A stretch of DNA of 63,823 nt, the filler included, from Collodictyon triciliatum (Eukaryota), in NCBI GenBank assembly GCA_043381765.1. It is 4 parts of 4 records of this genome, joined end to end, with 100 filler letters (N's around TTAATTAATTAA, not from the genome) between each part and the next. Parts side by side here need not be neighbours in the genome. Positions count along the whole stretch, not along the records: positions 33,555 to 58,909 come from JBHJMP010000581.1; 3 more parts are not named here. One strand, given 5' to 3'. The notes below the pieces were generated by a model that did not search any database, was not told the DNA's origin, and worked only from the letters and a program-made list of their open reading frames with translations. Positions 39,084 through 51,797 of the stretch are shown one piece after another. The first letter of the stretch is position 1; each line of letters opens with the position of its first letter. A program made the translations under genes and the position numbers.

Positions 39084-42000
39084 ATGGGTCGAAGGACGTC
39101 TAAGACTCTTCCAAGAAGCTACTCAACAACTTTCCGAAGCAGGAAGTCATACTTTGAGAACGAAGGATCGCCATTTACCAATAGCTATCGTACAGAAAGG
39201 GTGATGCGTTCAAGCAGTACAGTAGAGAGTTTTGATTGCATCACAGATATCTCCTTTCTTGCCCATGATGGTGCTTTGGGCGGCTTTGAGGTTGCAAACA
39301 ACGATGATGTATTGACCCCCGGCATTTTTCCGAGGTAAACAGTGGGCTTCTACTATTTTTTTTTTAAAAAAAAAAGAGAAACAAATAAATGCCCTAATGT
39401 TTGTTTTGTGCCATACATCTGAAAATGTTGTCGGGTCATCTCCGTTTGCAATAGATTTAAGAACGAAAAAGACGAGACTCGGTATTTGAACGAGCTTAGA
39501 CTTATCCATCTGAGTCCCTTGAAATATCACGTCTCTATTTTGGTCCTGTTCGTAACATTTTTGATTTTCATGGCCATTCGAGAAGACGAAATATCCACGT
39601 ATGATTAACAGAAAAGTTACCCACATCATATACGGAAGAACACTTTTTTCAACCCGAAAATAATTTAGTTCGAAAAAGGGTGAAACGAAATACTAAAGCT
39701 TCAATGAAATAGAACCGATTATATATTTTATGCATGGGTCGCACTAGCATCACTGTCTGCTACGTTCCTCTCTTTTGCTATATTCTTCAAGGAAAAATTG
39801 TACTTTGATGATATTGTTGTATCAGAGGACGAATATTGTGTTACACAATACTGCAATTAGAAATATACTATTTCCTTATACAAACCGACTTTAGGTTGCT
39901 TCGGTATACATACTACCAAGCTTTGGTTATGTGTATCCCTGTTGTTCTCGTTGCTGTATGGAGGGCTGAACGTTCGCGACAATTCACTCCCATTTTTTTG
40001 ATAAACACCCTTTATGTAAGTCGTTTGCAATGATTTAACTAATGATTTCTCCATTTAGCCCCAATAAATTATTTTCTGTGGATAACGAAACTAAACCAGC
40101 ATTAATTCAATTAGCTATCTTGCTTTGAAATTAAGACATCCAACAAATTTTTTGTTGGATCATCTACCATATCCATAACGGCGTATGTAATAACCGCGGC
40201 TATATACGACCGGTCTCTTGACTTTCGGCTGTTTCTAGCTCCAATCGTACTTATCGCCCTCCATATGTCCATCGCGCATCACAACTTAGAGATTTGGCAA
40301 AGACGGTACTAAATAACATCTTTTTCATTTCATACACTTTCATTTTTTTTGATTATCTGAAAAATTTATAATAATTGCAATGGTTTATAAAAAAATGATG
40401 TGCATATTTGTTCTCGAATTACAGCCACTTTTCCGTGAAAAACAAACTGGTATCAAGAAAAAATGTTTTGGAGGGGAAAAACAAGCGACTTCTTGCATTG
40501 TTGCATTCTATTTACCCCCCGTGAGAATTCCTCTGTTTTAAAATTGTTTATCTTCATTCCAATATGTCATTTTGCAATTTAGCTGAGATACTTGATGCCT
40601 GAACTTTACTTTGTAATTTTATTCTTTGCTTTATTTGAAGAGATAATGTGGTGTTACACTCGTTCAATAGACTCATCATACGAGACGTCTGTGAGAATCC
40701 CCACAAGGCAATATCTACGTATGCCTGTCCACATGCAGTGGTTATGTCTGTGAGGATACACGAATTCTCTAAAATATTCAGCGAGATGGACCGAGAAACT
40801 AGGATAGATTTCTTTGACAACATGTTCAGGTACTTTTTTTCGGAGTGTTTTATTATGTTTTCAAAAAAATGAATAATTTTCTGCAAGATTTAGTCTCAAA
40901 TGTAATAAATATCAATCATATAGGAAAATTTACAGAATATCTCAATCGTAAGTATAAAAATATTGCTGATATGATTATTTTATTTTTATAAATAATTGGC
41001 CGATGTAATTGGTAGTTCCCCATTGTCAATAAATAATAAAGAATTCATTCATTCACGAAATCAAAATTTTAGATACGGCCTTCATAGGGTGAGAACGTCA
41101 GGTGACTATCTCAATTCAATTGTGTATAAATATACCGTTCTCCAACATCACTCGAAGATTGACTTTCCTTGTCTCCTAATTGACTTTATTTTCTTCTGTA
41201 TTTGAATGACGTTTACAGGCGGACAATTCTTGGTAATTTTTTTTCAACAGTATACGCGATGGGGTTTTGCTCTATATTTGATTACATTTTGGAGACTCTT
41301 TATATTTTATTTTATTTTTACATTCATCCCGGAAAAAATATTAAATTCTAGGCCGTCGGCTCTCTGACCAACAGCGGTTTGGAGTATGTTCATGACGCAC
41401 TACATGCAGCAATTCGAATAAAAGATTTAGTTATACACCTAAATCAACCTAAGGTTAATGGTGATCTATTTTCAATAGAATAACACCAGTAATGAAGTCT
41501 AAGCAAAAAAGAAATCTGTGAGAAAATCTAGGTATCCAAATGCTGTTATGTATAACGTAGATCAAGGTATCAATTGGAATGCACCGGGGTCCCGTTTATG
41601 CTGGGGCTGTGAACTCGGAGAAGGGCTCTTTTGAAATATTTGGAGATTGTAAGCGACTTTATGAGAAACGAACCTTGTTTGGATGTACTTCTTAATGCAG
41701 TTGCATATCATAACCAAATCTATATGAACTCAATACGAAGCTCTTTCTGTGGCTGAGGAAATTTTAAGATGTGCAAGTCATTATGAAATACTGGTATCTG
41801 ATGAGATTTACTCTACTAGTAAGGTATGAATGTTATTCGTTCATATCATATTTATTGTGTCAATTAATTTCTTTGATTTGCAGAGTAATTATATATTAAT
41901 CGGAAAATGCTGCCATAGACGGAGTTCGATTTTACTGAAGCACCATCTTTCTCCTTTACAAGTGGAAAAGTGTGGATACTGTGTAAGATGAACAGTGGCC

Positions 42001-44773
42001 GAGGGCAAACTTTTAAAGATGGGCACCGAGTCAGTGACGAAGGAAATCTATTCAAAGCCGGGGTGTTTTAATTTCCATCGCATATATTAACCTCGTTGTT
42101 AACTTTGATGATAGCAAGTATATGATGTTATTTTTTCCTATAGATATGCTTCTTTAAAATTATTTATTACTTACATCTCATTTATCCAGGATTTGAGTGT
42201 GAGTTTATCAAAATACTGCACAATCAATAAGCTATTTGGCTTCATCCTTCGTCTCAGATTTAAGGATGACGCTTTAGAGACAGACTACCGAAAATACAAT
42301 TCAACTGTCGTGCAAGACTCATTGTATAGGTTGGTCAATTAATTTAAGTTTGCGTGGTTCCATATAATCAGAAATATTTTATGCAATTCATTTAATCTAC
42401 TTATAGTGCCGGACTGTACTCTGTGGTGGGTGTATCCGTCCTATTTTCTGTCTACGATATCACAATTTTTGGGGTATCATTGAATGCTCAGGACATGCTC
42501 GACCAACCCACAGTCTTTATAAGATTTGGTGTCTTACTACCAATCGTCACCTTTCACCTTCTATCACACCTCCTTGGTTCTGCCAAAGATACTCGATATC
42601 GATTTCACGGAAACAATGTCTACCTATCGTCCATTCTTGTTTACGGGGTGTGGATTGTGGTTAACACATCACTTCTAAAGGAGCAGCCACAAAATCTTGC
42701 AGACAAGCCATATGAACATTTTTTACTGGAGCTTTATGTTTGGGCGATAATTTTCTTTTCCAATGGATGGACAAATAAACATGGTCTATACACAACCGGG
42801 GTTATGTGGATAGCATATGCTAATTTCACGCTATATCATCTTGAAGATATTGGAATGTATGAGTTGCTTCCTTTTTTTTTTTATCGCGCACAAACATAAA
42901 TTTTATCTTTCCAATTTTTTCAGATGACCCCGAAGGGTCACGCACAAACATAAATTAATTAATTTTTTTTAGTCATATGTGTATTCCTAAAAAAAACTTT
43001 TTATTTATATTTTTAGAATGGACAATTTAAGTTTATACCTGAATGGGATTATATTCAATGCTCTTCCCTTATGGAACTTGATATGGGGCGAAACTGAAAG
43101 GGAACTTCTACGAAGAAAAGAATTTTTACTATCTGTCCAAGAATCCGAGGTAAAAGAATATTTGTTTGAATTATCTTATGAAATTTTCTATTTCCATTTA
43201 GTTCTTTTGGTTACATATATATATATCGGTTTATGGCGAATTAGTATGGTCAATCCCCGAATAACTGTTTTCCTTTACGCCAGGCAATACAAACATTGCA
43301 GAAACAGCAAAAGTTTGTCGATTCTATCCTTTGCACTGTAGTGCCTCCTTACTTGCTTTCCTCAGTTCGTGATGTGCAGGCAAACACAAAAGAAGAATTT
43401 CCAAATGCCTCTTTGATAGTCATAGACATCGTCGGCTCTCGACAAATATTCAGATTTCTTTCAGCACGACAAATATTTGCACTTTTATCGGGTCAGAGAT
43501 TCATCCTTCTATATTTTTTTTTGAAAAATAAAGTGAATATGTTCCTCCTCAACCCCATTCTCATTTTCTGTGCTTTTTTATATTCATACTTAGAGATATT
43601 TCAGTGCATCGAGGCACTGTGTAAAACATTTGGAGTTGTTCCCATCAAGACCGTGGAAGACTGCTTCATAGTAAATAAAATTCGCGTTTGAATAACTTCA
43701 CTACCCTATCTTAGGTTCTGACTGTTGTTTCTCTTTTAATGTTGCGGCTGAAAATAAGTCTCCTTTATTTAATCAACCATTCACAGGCTATGGTTCCAAA
43801 TAGCTCGGAAACTAGGAAAGGGTTGATGTGCATATGCCAACTTTCACGGCAGGTAAGTCGAAGAAGATTACGCAGATAGACTCATCATTTGAATATAAAA
43901 CTCTGCCTGCTGCAGACATTTCTCTGACATTTTTTATGAACAGATTCACCAAACAGTGAGCACGAAAAAGTTTGAGTTTTGGACAGAAATGGTCGAGGTG
44001 AAAATCGGTATATCATGCGGCGATGTCATAGGATATGTTTCAGGTAGTTGTTTCAAGACTGCATCTTTATTTTGTTAAATCTTGCATTTAATTTGTTTTG
44101 CTTTTCTTTTTTATCCTCCTATTTTTATAATATGGTCATATTTTCCTTACGTAAGTAACCCTCTGCTCTTTTTTTTAGCCCCCACGTTTCCTTGCAAATA
44201 TCAGCGATTCCATGCATTTTTTTCTTATCAAAGACAATGACCTTTATTTTCAAATTTGATGCTTAGGGAAAGACTATCTTTCGTATGAAATATGGGGAGA
44301 TTGTGGTAAGCGCGTACTTTTTTAACCCGAATTCATGGCCAATCAAGGCTAGAAATACACGGTGTTTTTTTTTCTTTTTTCGATTCAAAGAATTGATGTA
44401 TTCCTAGTTAACGAAGCCTGGGAGCTCATACATGATACAGAAGCCGGACGTACACAGGTTTTTTCCCACTTTATTCGATTCAAATTCGGACGTACACAGA
44501 TTACTTGGATATGTACATCCAGCGAATCGAACATACCCATACTCGTCTGTGGTTAGCATACACTCTAGAAACAAAACTATTCACTCGGCAAAGGTCTCAC
44601 ATTCATGTGTCAAGCACCTGGAAAGAGACCACATTCTGCAAAAGGAGATGAGGCACGACCCAAGCGATCCAGACTGCCCCAGGACAAAGTACTATGTTGT
44701 TGAAAACCAAAGTGTGTGGGAGATGTACATCCAGTACATCGATTGGATGGAGCGCGAAGATTTATATGTGTAA
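39084..44773 (+). CDS. Membrane class III adenylyl/guanylyl cyclase-like protein, TM-C1-TM-C2 architecture, multi-exon
   Basis: C1: LLHSILPP, RVRTSGD, IGMHRGPVYAG...FEIFGD. C2: ILCTVVPP, ASLIVIDIVGS, IKTVEDCFI, VKIGISCGDVIG, YEIWGDCVNEA, GRTQ|VS. Two hydrophobic clusters (about 39700-40300 and 42400-43100). Confidence 0.85.
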
Positions 44774-45329
44774 CGCGTTGTGTCTATGGCATTCTATATT
44801 CAGCCGATCTTTCTAGTAAAAAAATACAGATTTTTATAAATAAATCAAGACAAAAATGAAAAGATATGCTCATCCTATGTCTTTGAGTACCTTCATATAA
44901 GAGTAAAACCATGTAATAAACATAAGAATCATTATAGCAATTATGAGGAATCGGGCGGGTGCGTTCATTGCCCAACATATCCCTTAATTTCCACATATGT
45001 GGGGAGTGACGTCATTTGCAAACACAGCCACGAATCACATCGCGAATAAGAAGCGAGCAGAAAAAAGGAGAGGAAAAGGAGAAGGTTTAAAGAAGGGCTG
45101 CTTGTGCGTTGAGGGTCACTATGGCCAACTGACTGGATACGGGAGTGAGAGGAGAGAGGAACCAATAGGAAGGAGAATCCTAGGGATTGCGGTGCCTCAG
45201 ACTTTCCAACGCAGAGAACCTCGCCATGAAGTTTATGCGTTGATTTTTATTTGCTCGAAATACTCTGCTATTGAACTAACTTCCTCGATCGGCCATTTGA
45301 ACTTGCTGGCTGGAGCAGCGCGAGGCATA

Positions 45330-47615
45330 ATGCTTAAGGTAAATGAAACACATTAGAGTACTTTCGCCTTATTTGAGTCGTTGAAAGCCAACCTTTTTTT
45401 TGTTTTTTGTTGTTGTTTTGTTGTTGTTGTTGTTGTTGTTTTTTGTTGTTGTTTTTTGTTGTTGTTTTTTGTTGTTATTGTGTTGTTGTGTTGTTATTGT
45501 GTTGTTGTTTTGTTGTTGTTATGTTGTTGTTATGTTTGTTTGTTTTTTTTTGTTGTTATTGTGTTGTTTTTTTGTTGTTATTGTGTTGTTATTGTGTTGT
45601 TATTGTGTTGTTGTTTTGATGTTGTTATATTGTTATTGTGTTGTTGTTGTGTTGTTATTGTGTTGTTATTGTGTTGTTGTTTTGTTGTTGTTTTGTTGTT
45701 GTTATGTTGTTGTTTTGTTGTTGTTTTGTTGTTGTTTTGTTGTTGTTATTGTGTTGTTATTGTGTTGTTATTGTGTTGTTATTGTGTTGTTATTGTGTTG
45801 TTATTGTGTTGTTTTTTTGTTGTTATTGTGTTGTTGTTTTGATGTTGTTATATTGTTATTGTGTTGTTGTTGTGTTGTTGTTTTGTTGTTGTTATGTTGT
45901 TATGTTGTTGTTATGTTTGTTTTTTTGTTGTTATTGTGTTGTTATTGTGTTGTTATTGTGTTGTTATTTTGTTTGTTTTTTGCTTGTTTTTTGTTTTTAA
46001 AACGGAACTACCTGCACGAATCATGCATACGCATTCACACACGACAATCACCCAAGAATAATAACAAGTGCCTAACCTCCTTCACAGAGTCTTGCTCCCA
46101 CAGCCTCAAAGGCCTTCCGCCAAGCCGCCCTTATTCGTGCGTCGTCCTTTCAGGTGCGAGTTGAGACGGACACCTTTGGACCTATCGATGTACCCAGCGA
46201 AAAGTATTGGGGAGCACAAACTCAGCGGTAAGACTTTGACACTTGCAGAACTTTCCTCTCGCGCTTGCTTATGGTTTAGATCAGCTCTGTATCTACGCAA
46301 GTATTGCTCAACTATTCGCACCTTTTCTCTCCATGCCCGTATGAACCAGCTCTCTCCAAAACTTTGAGATCAACCAAGAGCGTGACAAGATGCCTTACGA
46401 AGTGATCAAGGTATTTACCGCTGCTACAGCGGAAACATTATTTATATACTTTTCTCTTTATTCACATATTATTAATTCTAATACACCACCGTATTCTCCA
46501 AGTGTATTTACGCAGCTCTGCTGGAGTCCGGTATGCGATCATGTATTGTGAAACAAAACATACCACTAATATTGCCAACCTTGTCTTTAGGGTATGGCGA
46601 TCCTCAAGAAGGCTGCAGCCGAAGTCAACGTCCAGTTCGGACTTGACCCAAAGGTTTCTGCTGCCATCCAGAAGGCTGCCGACGAGGTTATCCTTTACTT
46701 CATATTTCCTCATTCATCCGCCAAGAAGAAGCGGGAAGAAAGAAAGAAAGAAAAGGGCGATAAGTATCTCATAGCCTCTCCTCAAACCCTCTTTAACCCC
46801 TCTCGTTACCCTCTCTCCCTCTGGGTGGATGGAAACCCATCTACACACGCCTCTGGAGAGACATCTGAGCAAACCCTTCTTGAAATCCACTCCAGGTCAT
46901 CAGCGGGAAGCTGCAGGACCACTTCCCCTTGGTCATCTGGCAGACGGGAAGCGGAACGCAGACCAACATGAACGTGAACGAAGTCCTCTCGAACCGCGCC
47001 ATCGAGCTGCTGGGCGGGCAGGTGGGGAGCAAGAAGCCAGTCCATCCGAACGACCACGTCAACATGAGCCAGTCCTCCAACGACACGTTCCCGACCGCCA
47101 TGCACATTGCCGCGGCCTTGGAGGTGAAGCAGCGCCTGATTCCGTCGCTGAGCACGCTGCGGGACGGGCTTGCCGAGAAGGCGCAGGCCTTTGCAAACAT
47201 CCTCAAGATTGGGCGCACACACACGCAGGACGCCACGCCGATGCGCCTGGGCGACGAGTTTGGGGCGTATGCGTACCAGCTGACTCTGGGGCTGGACCGC
47301 GTGAATGCGGCACTTCCACGCATCTATGCACTGGCTGCTGGGGGCACGGCTGTCGGGACCGGGCTCAACACATACGAGGGCTTTGCCGAGGGGGTCGCGT
47401 CGTCTGTGGCGCGGCAGACGGGGCTGCCTTTCGTCACGGCGCCAAACAAGTTCGAGGCTCTTGCGGCACACGATGCACTGGTGGAGCTGCACGGCGCCCT
47501 CAACACCGTGGCCGTCTCGCTCATGAAGATAGCCAACGACATCCGCCTTCTGGGCTCGGGCCCCCGCTGCGGCCTGGGCGAGCTGCTTCTGCCCGAGAAT
47601 GAGCCCGGCTCCAGC

Positions 47616-47654
<39 letters not shown>

Positions 47655-48286
47655 ATCACCATGGTCTGCGCCCAGGTCATGGGCAACCAGGTGGCTGTCT
47701 CTGTGGGCGGAAGCAACGGCCACTTTGAGCTCAACGTCTTCAAGCCCGTCATTATCCACAACGTCCTCCACTCCACCCGCCTCCTTGCCGACGCCTCGCT
47801 CTCCTTCCACAAGCACTGCATACTCGGTCTGCAGGCCAACGAGAAGCGCATCGCCAGTCTTCTCAACGAGTCTCTCATGCTTGTCACCTCCCTCAACCCG
47901 CACATTGGCTACGACAACTCTGCCAAGGCTGCAAAGAAGGCTCACAAGGAAGGCACCACCCTCAAGGAGGCTACAGTCTCCCTTGGACTCTTGACCCGTA
48001 TGCACTATCTCTTTTCTCTATTTTTCTCTATTTTTCTCTATTTTTCTCTATTTTTCTCTATTTTTCTCTATTTTTCTCTATTTTTCTCTATTTTTCTCTA
48101 TTTTTCTCTATTTTTTGGTTTGCTGTTTTAGACTTTATATTATAACTGGGAGCAAGCAGCTGCCCTTTTCTTTTCTTCTTCTCTTGTATTGACGAGGTAT
48201 AATGATGAATAGCCGACCAATTCGATAAACTTGTCCGCCCTGAAAACATGCTTGGCCCGGAGAAGTACCAGCCGAAGAAGAAATAA
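45330..48286 (+). CDS. FH: Class II fumarate hydratase, mitochondrial precursor
   Basis: [21 protein letters not shown] presequence; [61 protein letters not shown] signature; ends [17 protein letters not shown]. Confidence 0.97.
45400..45995. repeat. Degenerate (GTT/GTTATTGTGTT)n intronic microsatellite
   Basis: Read directly; fumarase intron 1. Confidence 0.95.
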
Positions 48287-48494
48287 GCCCAGCTCGCCTT
48301 CTTTCTCTATTCTCTGCCCAGAAAAACAATAAAAGAACCACACACATGTCCGGCAAGTATGCAGTCGTCTCAGCAAGAGACCCCACAGAGTCAAATGGGT
48401 TTTATCGCTGCTTGAAGACACACGCACTCCTAAAAGAGTATTCCACAGGCCGCTTTTTCACAGCGTGCTTCTACCGATTATCGCGTTCTCTTAT

Positions 48495-48541
48495 TTCACC
48501 ATCCTGCACAAAATTGAAAGGAAGAATAAAAAGAAAAAAAA
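48495..48541 (+). mobile_element. 47-bp 5'-truncated poly(A) retroposon with 15-bp TSD
   Basis: ATCGCGTTCTCTTAT at 48480-48494 and 48542-48556. The insert ends AATAAA + A-tail and is identical to 51759-51795. Confidence 0.85.
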
Positions 48542-48684
48542 ATCGCGTTCTCTTATCGTTGCCACAACACCGAATTGCTGTGCTTACACTAGTATTACAG
48601 ATTTCTCGGTATAAGGTTCGTATGATTACAATTTATGCTCATAAAATAACTCGCAACTTCATCACTACGAATAATCAACATTAT

Positions 48685-50050
48685 AAAATCAAGACGCTCT
48701 CTGAGCCACCTACGGAGGGAGGGCTGGGACTCATAACGCCTGGTATTACACAGGCATCGCTCACGACGAGATGGTGGACAGATATGCTTACCCATCCGAA
48801 AGATTTTGGCAGCGTGGAATGTGGCACCTCATCCATCGCATATGTCCGAACTTCAAGGCACAGCTCTGTGACAGCAGAATCCAATCACCACCGCCAAACA
48901 CTCCCGAGCCGCTACTAGCGCGGTGGAAGGTTCTGTATGAAAACTGTGAAATGTGCGAGTCTATCCAACTACATGCTGTTACAGGCCAACTTTGCTGGGA
49001 TAGAGCAAAAGGCTTCTGTATCATCAAGTCGAGAGAAGCAACAGCTCATTCATCCTGCAACAAGTCGCTTTCCAAAAGGATGGGAGCTTCGCACCGTCGA
49101 AAAATGCATCGATATTTCACTCCTCCGATGTAACCCCAACTACAGTCATCCTGAACAACAAAGTAGAATGGTGCTCATATCGTCCCATCTCATACGGAGC
49201 GCCATCGCTATTTTTCTTTCGCCTGAAGAACCAAACGCGGTCCATTACGCCTGATTCTCCGCTATTCTCGATGGCCATGACGTACTCCAAGCTGTTTCGA
49301 TATGAAATCATCAGCCCGAATCCCTACAACCTGAGAAAATGGGTTGTTGGGCCGAAACTACAGGCATTATAGACCCGCCGATAGTCAAAAGCTGGAAGCA
49401 AACCCGTATACCTCAGTTACTCCCGAAGCACCGAGCCCTACTTCTCAATATCTCCAACAGAGAGCTATGGATAGGTGCGCGCGTAGTCCATGCAGCAACG
49501 ACCTCCCCAGAATGCACCATGTGCCATAATGGAGATGAATCTATCGAATACACATTTGTGAAGTGCTCTCTTGCTCAAAAAGTGACAGAATGCACCCACA
49601 AGATGCTCTCTGAGCTTGATTATGCTCCCAACCGACTCAGCGTGTCTGACATCCTGTTTGGCCCACAATACCAAATGACCCACGACTCTAGAATACTCTG
49701 GACAGTCACAAGGGGACATATGCTGTGGGCCTTATGGAGTGCGCGTGCATTCTCTCGCTCTAATGATTCATCCGAACGAGAAATCAATGTAACAAGGCTT
49801 GAAAGCCTCGTTCAATCCAGCTTCCTGAACAGCCTGCTGAAACACGCCCGCATTCTTCGCTACTCTGACCGCAAGCGAAGAAAGATGAGGGAATGAGTCG
49901 TGCGATATCTCCCACAGCATATCCAACCCCTTCTACCCACGCAGCCAATCAATCAGTTGGGTCGCCCACCTGACCAACTCGCTATCACTGACTTCTTTCC
50001 AGTGCCAGCATCACCACACCAGTGTATCCTACTCACGTTTGCCCTCTAAT
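48685..50050 (+). mobile_element. L1/Tx1-like LINE ORF2 C-terminal remnant (end of RT region + zf-RVT-like motif), frameshifted
   Basis: LSEPPTEGGLGL...TRW (post-RT motif), CTMCHNGDESIEYTFVKC, LWALWSAR. Further copies at 1-452, 36250-36605 and 52269-52423. Confidence 0.82.
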
Positions 50051-50440
50051 ATGCGCAGTTAATTCGTTTTGTCCTTGTCAGAATTAAACTTCCTGATATA
50101 CTGTTGAATCTTTGTGCTAAATCCGGTACTGGCAATAGCAACAGCAATAGAATAAGTAAATGTAATGAAAAAGCACAAGTAGTGATAATAAAGATAATAT
50201 GTGCACATAGTTTGTTTGAATCGATGATAAATTGATAGTGTTACGTAAATTTATGCATAATTTCCAGAAATAAATAATTATACGGACCTGCCAAACTAGT
50301 TTGCACCAATGCTCCTGTGTGCCGTAAACGTGAATATAAAAGTTTTTTCGTTTGCTCTGAATCACGACGACAATACCTATCACCGCACAAACAAACATCA
50401 TGTAGCACAAGATCCTAACAACAGACCCACAATAAAGAAG

Positions 50441-51685
50441 ATGAAGGACGCAGAGATTCGCCTGGAGCTGTCAAACCCCGGCTTGATATACTATGCGGGG
50501 CAAGATGTCCAAGGGAATATTCATGTGGTTGTCCGCAAGACCATCAAACCCCGAAAGATCAAAGTTGAGTTTCGAGGAAAGATATTCGTGAGCTTCTCAA
50601 GCGGTGGTGGCGAGGACAGTACAACTTACACTGCTATCAAGAGGCTGTTCTCAGAGACTGTTGTAGTGTGGGAGCCCAACAGAAATGGTGCCTCCGACTC
50701 GCTTCCTCCTGCAGAGTACCGCTTCCCTTTTAATTTCAAGCTGAGTCCCTCCAACGAGTATCCTCCCCCGTTCACTGGTTCCTGTGGCTACATCAAGTAC
50801 AAACTCGAGGCAAACATAGACCTGGCGTGGAAGATTGACCCGAAAGCTGAGGTAGACCTAAACGTGATCGGATTATACAACGCGAACGAACCAAGATACC
50901 ATCATCCAGTCGAAGGCCAAGGTATGAAAATCCTGGGCTGTCTGTGTTGCTCCTCGCCTCCCATCACTTGCAAGGTTGTCAACCAAGCTGGGAGCGCCCT
51001 TCCCGGAGAAACCATCAAACCTGTGATAACCATAAACAATCCCTCCGGCAGCTCCATCAGGTCTGTCAAATTACTTCTGCGGCAACATGTAGAATATCGA
51101 GCTGAGGGAGCTCTCCAGGTATCCCTCAACGACTTCAATCTCCATGAATATCCTGGTGTTCTCTCGGGGAGCCAGAACGCCACCATGACCAAGGATGTTG
51201 TGTTGCCAGCCGTGCTAACCCCGTCATTCTCATCTGACATCCTAACGATTTCATATAAAGTCACAGCTGTTGTCGAAACCCCAGGAATGTCTCGAAACTT
51301 TGCTGTAGGAGCCCCGTTATTCATCGGCAATGTGCGAACGGTCCAAAACTCAGATTTCGGCGCGCAAAACACATACCCCCAACCACTATATCATCCTACC
51401 CCTCAGGTTTACGCTCAGCAGCCGCAACAGCCCTTTAACCCAGTCCCTCAGGTTTACGCTCAGCAACCGCAACAGCCCTTTAACCCAGTCCATCAGGTTT
51501 ACGCTCAGCAACCGCAACAGCCCTTTAACCCAGCCCATCATGTTTACGCTCAGCAACCGCAACAACCCTTTAATCCCAATCAACCATACTACCAACATCC
51601 AACCGGCCCTGTTACACCGATGTATCAGCCTTATTACCCGCAATATCCTCAAGGCCTCCAGCCACAGCAAGAGCCACCTAAATAA
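50441..51685 (+). CDS. Intronless alpha-arrestin (arrestin N + C domains) with Pro/Gln/Tyr-rich tail
   Basis: YYAGQDVQGNI, YRFPFNFKL...PPPFTGSCGYIKYKLEANID, GCLCC, LTPSF....ISYKV. The ORF is open from 50309; MKDAEIR at 50441 is the likelier start. Confidence 0.92.
   Translation: MKDAEIRLELSNPGLIYYAGQDVQGNIHVVVRKTIKPRKIKVEFRGKIFVSFSSGGGEDSTTYTAIKRLFSETVVVWEPNRNGASDSLPPAEYRFPFNFKLSPSNEYPPPFTGSCGYIKYKLEANIDLAWKIDPKAEVDLNVIGLYNANEPRYHHPVEGQGMKILGCLCCSSPPITCKVVNQAGSALPGETIKPVITINNPSGSSIRSVKLLLRQHVEYRAEGALQVSLNDFNLHEYPGVLSGSQNATMTKDVVLPAVLTPSFSSDILTISYKVTAVVETPGMSRNFAVGAPLFIGNVRTVQNSDFGAQNTYPQPLYHPTPQVYAQQPQQPFNPVPQVYAQQPQQPFNPVHQVYAQQPQQPFNPAHHVYAQQPQQPFNPNQPYYQHPTGPVTPMYQPYYPQYPQGLQPQQEPPK
51400..51577 (+). 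repeat. Four 45-bp coding tandem repeats (xQVYAQQPQQPFNPx)
   Basis: Read directly in the arrestin tail. Confidence 0.95.
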
Positions 51686-51701
51686 GAAACCTTGTCCTCT
51701 C

Positions 51702-51797
51702 GCCCGGCCACCAAGTAGCGCCCATGCAAACGATGGCTAGCGAACCAAAGCCAACATCTTCACCATCCTGCACAAAATTGAAAGGAAGAATAAAAAA
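51702..51797 (+). mobile_element. 96-bp poly(A) retroposon with 15-bp TSD (same family as 48495-48541)
   Basis: AAACCTTGTCCTCTC at 51687-51701 versus AAACCGTGTCCTCTC at 51798-51812; AATAAA + A-tail. Confidence 0.85.

Noticed and set aside
46806-48005. 399-aa antisense ORF over fumarase
   Set aside because: Shadow ORF caused by GC-rich codon bias.
51400-51577. CRISPR-like repeated units
   Set aside because: Contiguous in-frame coding repeats without unique spacers; eukaryotic context and no cas genes.
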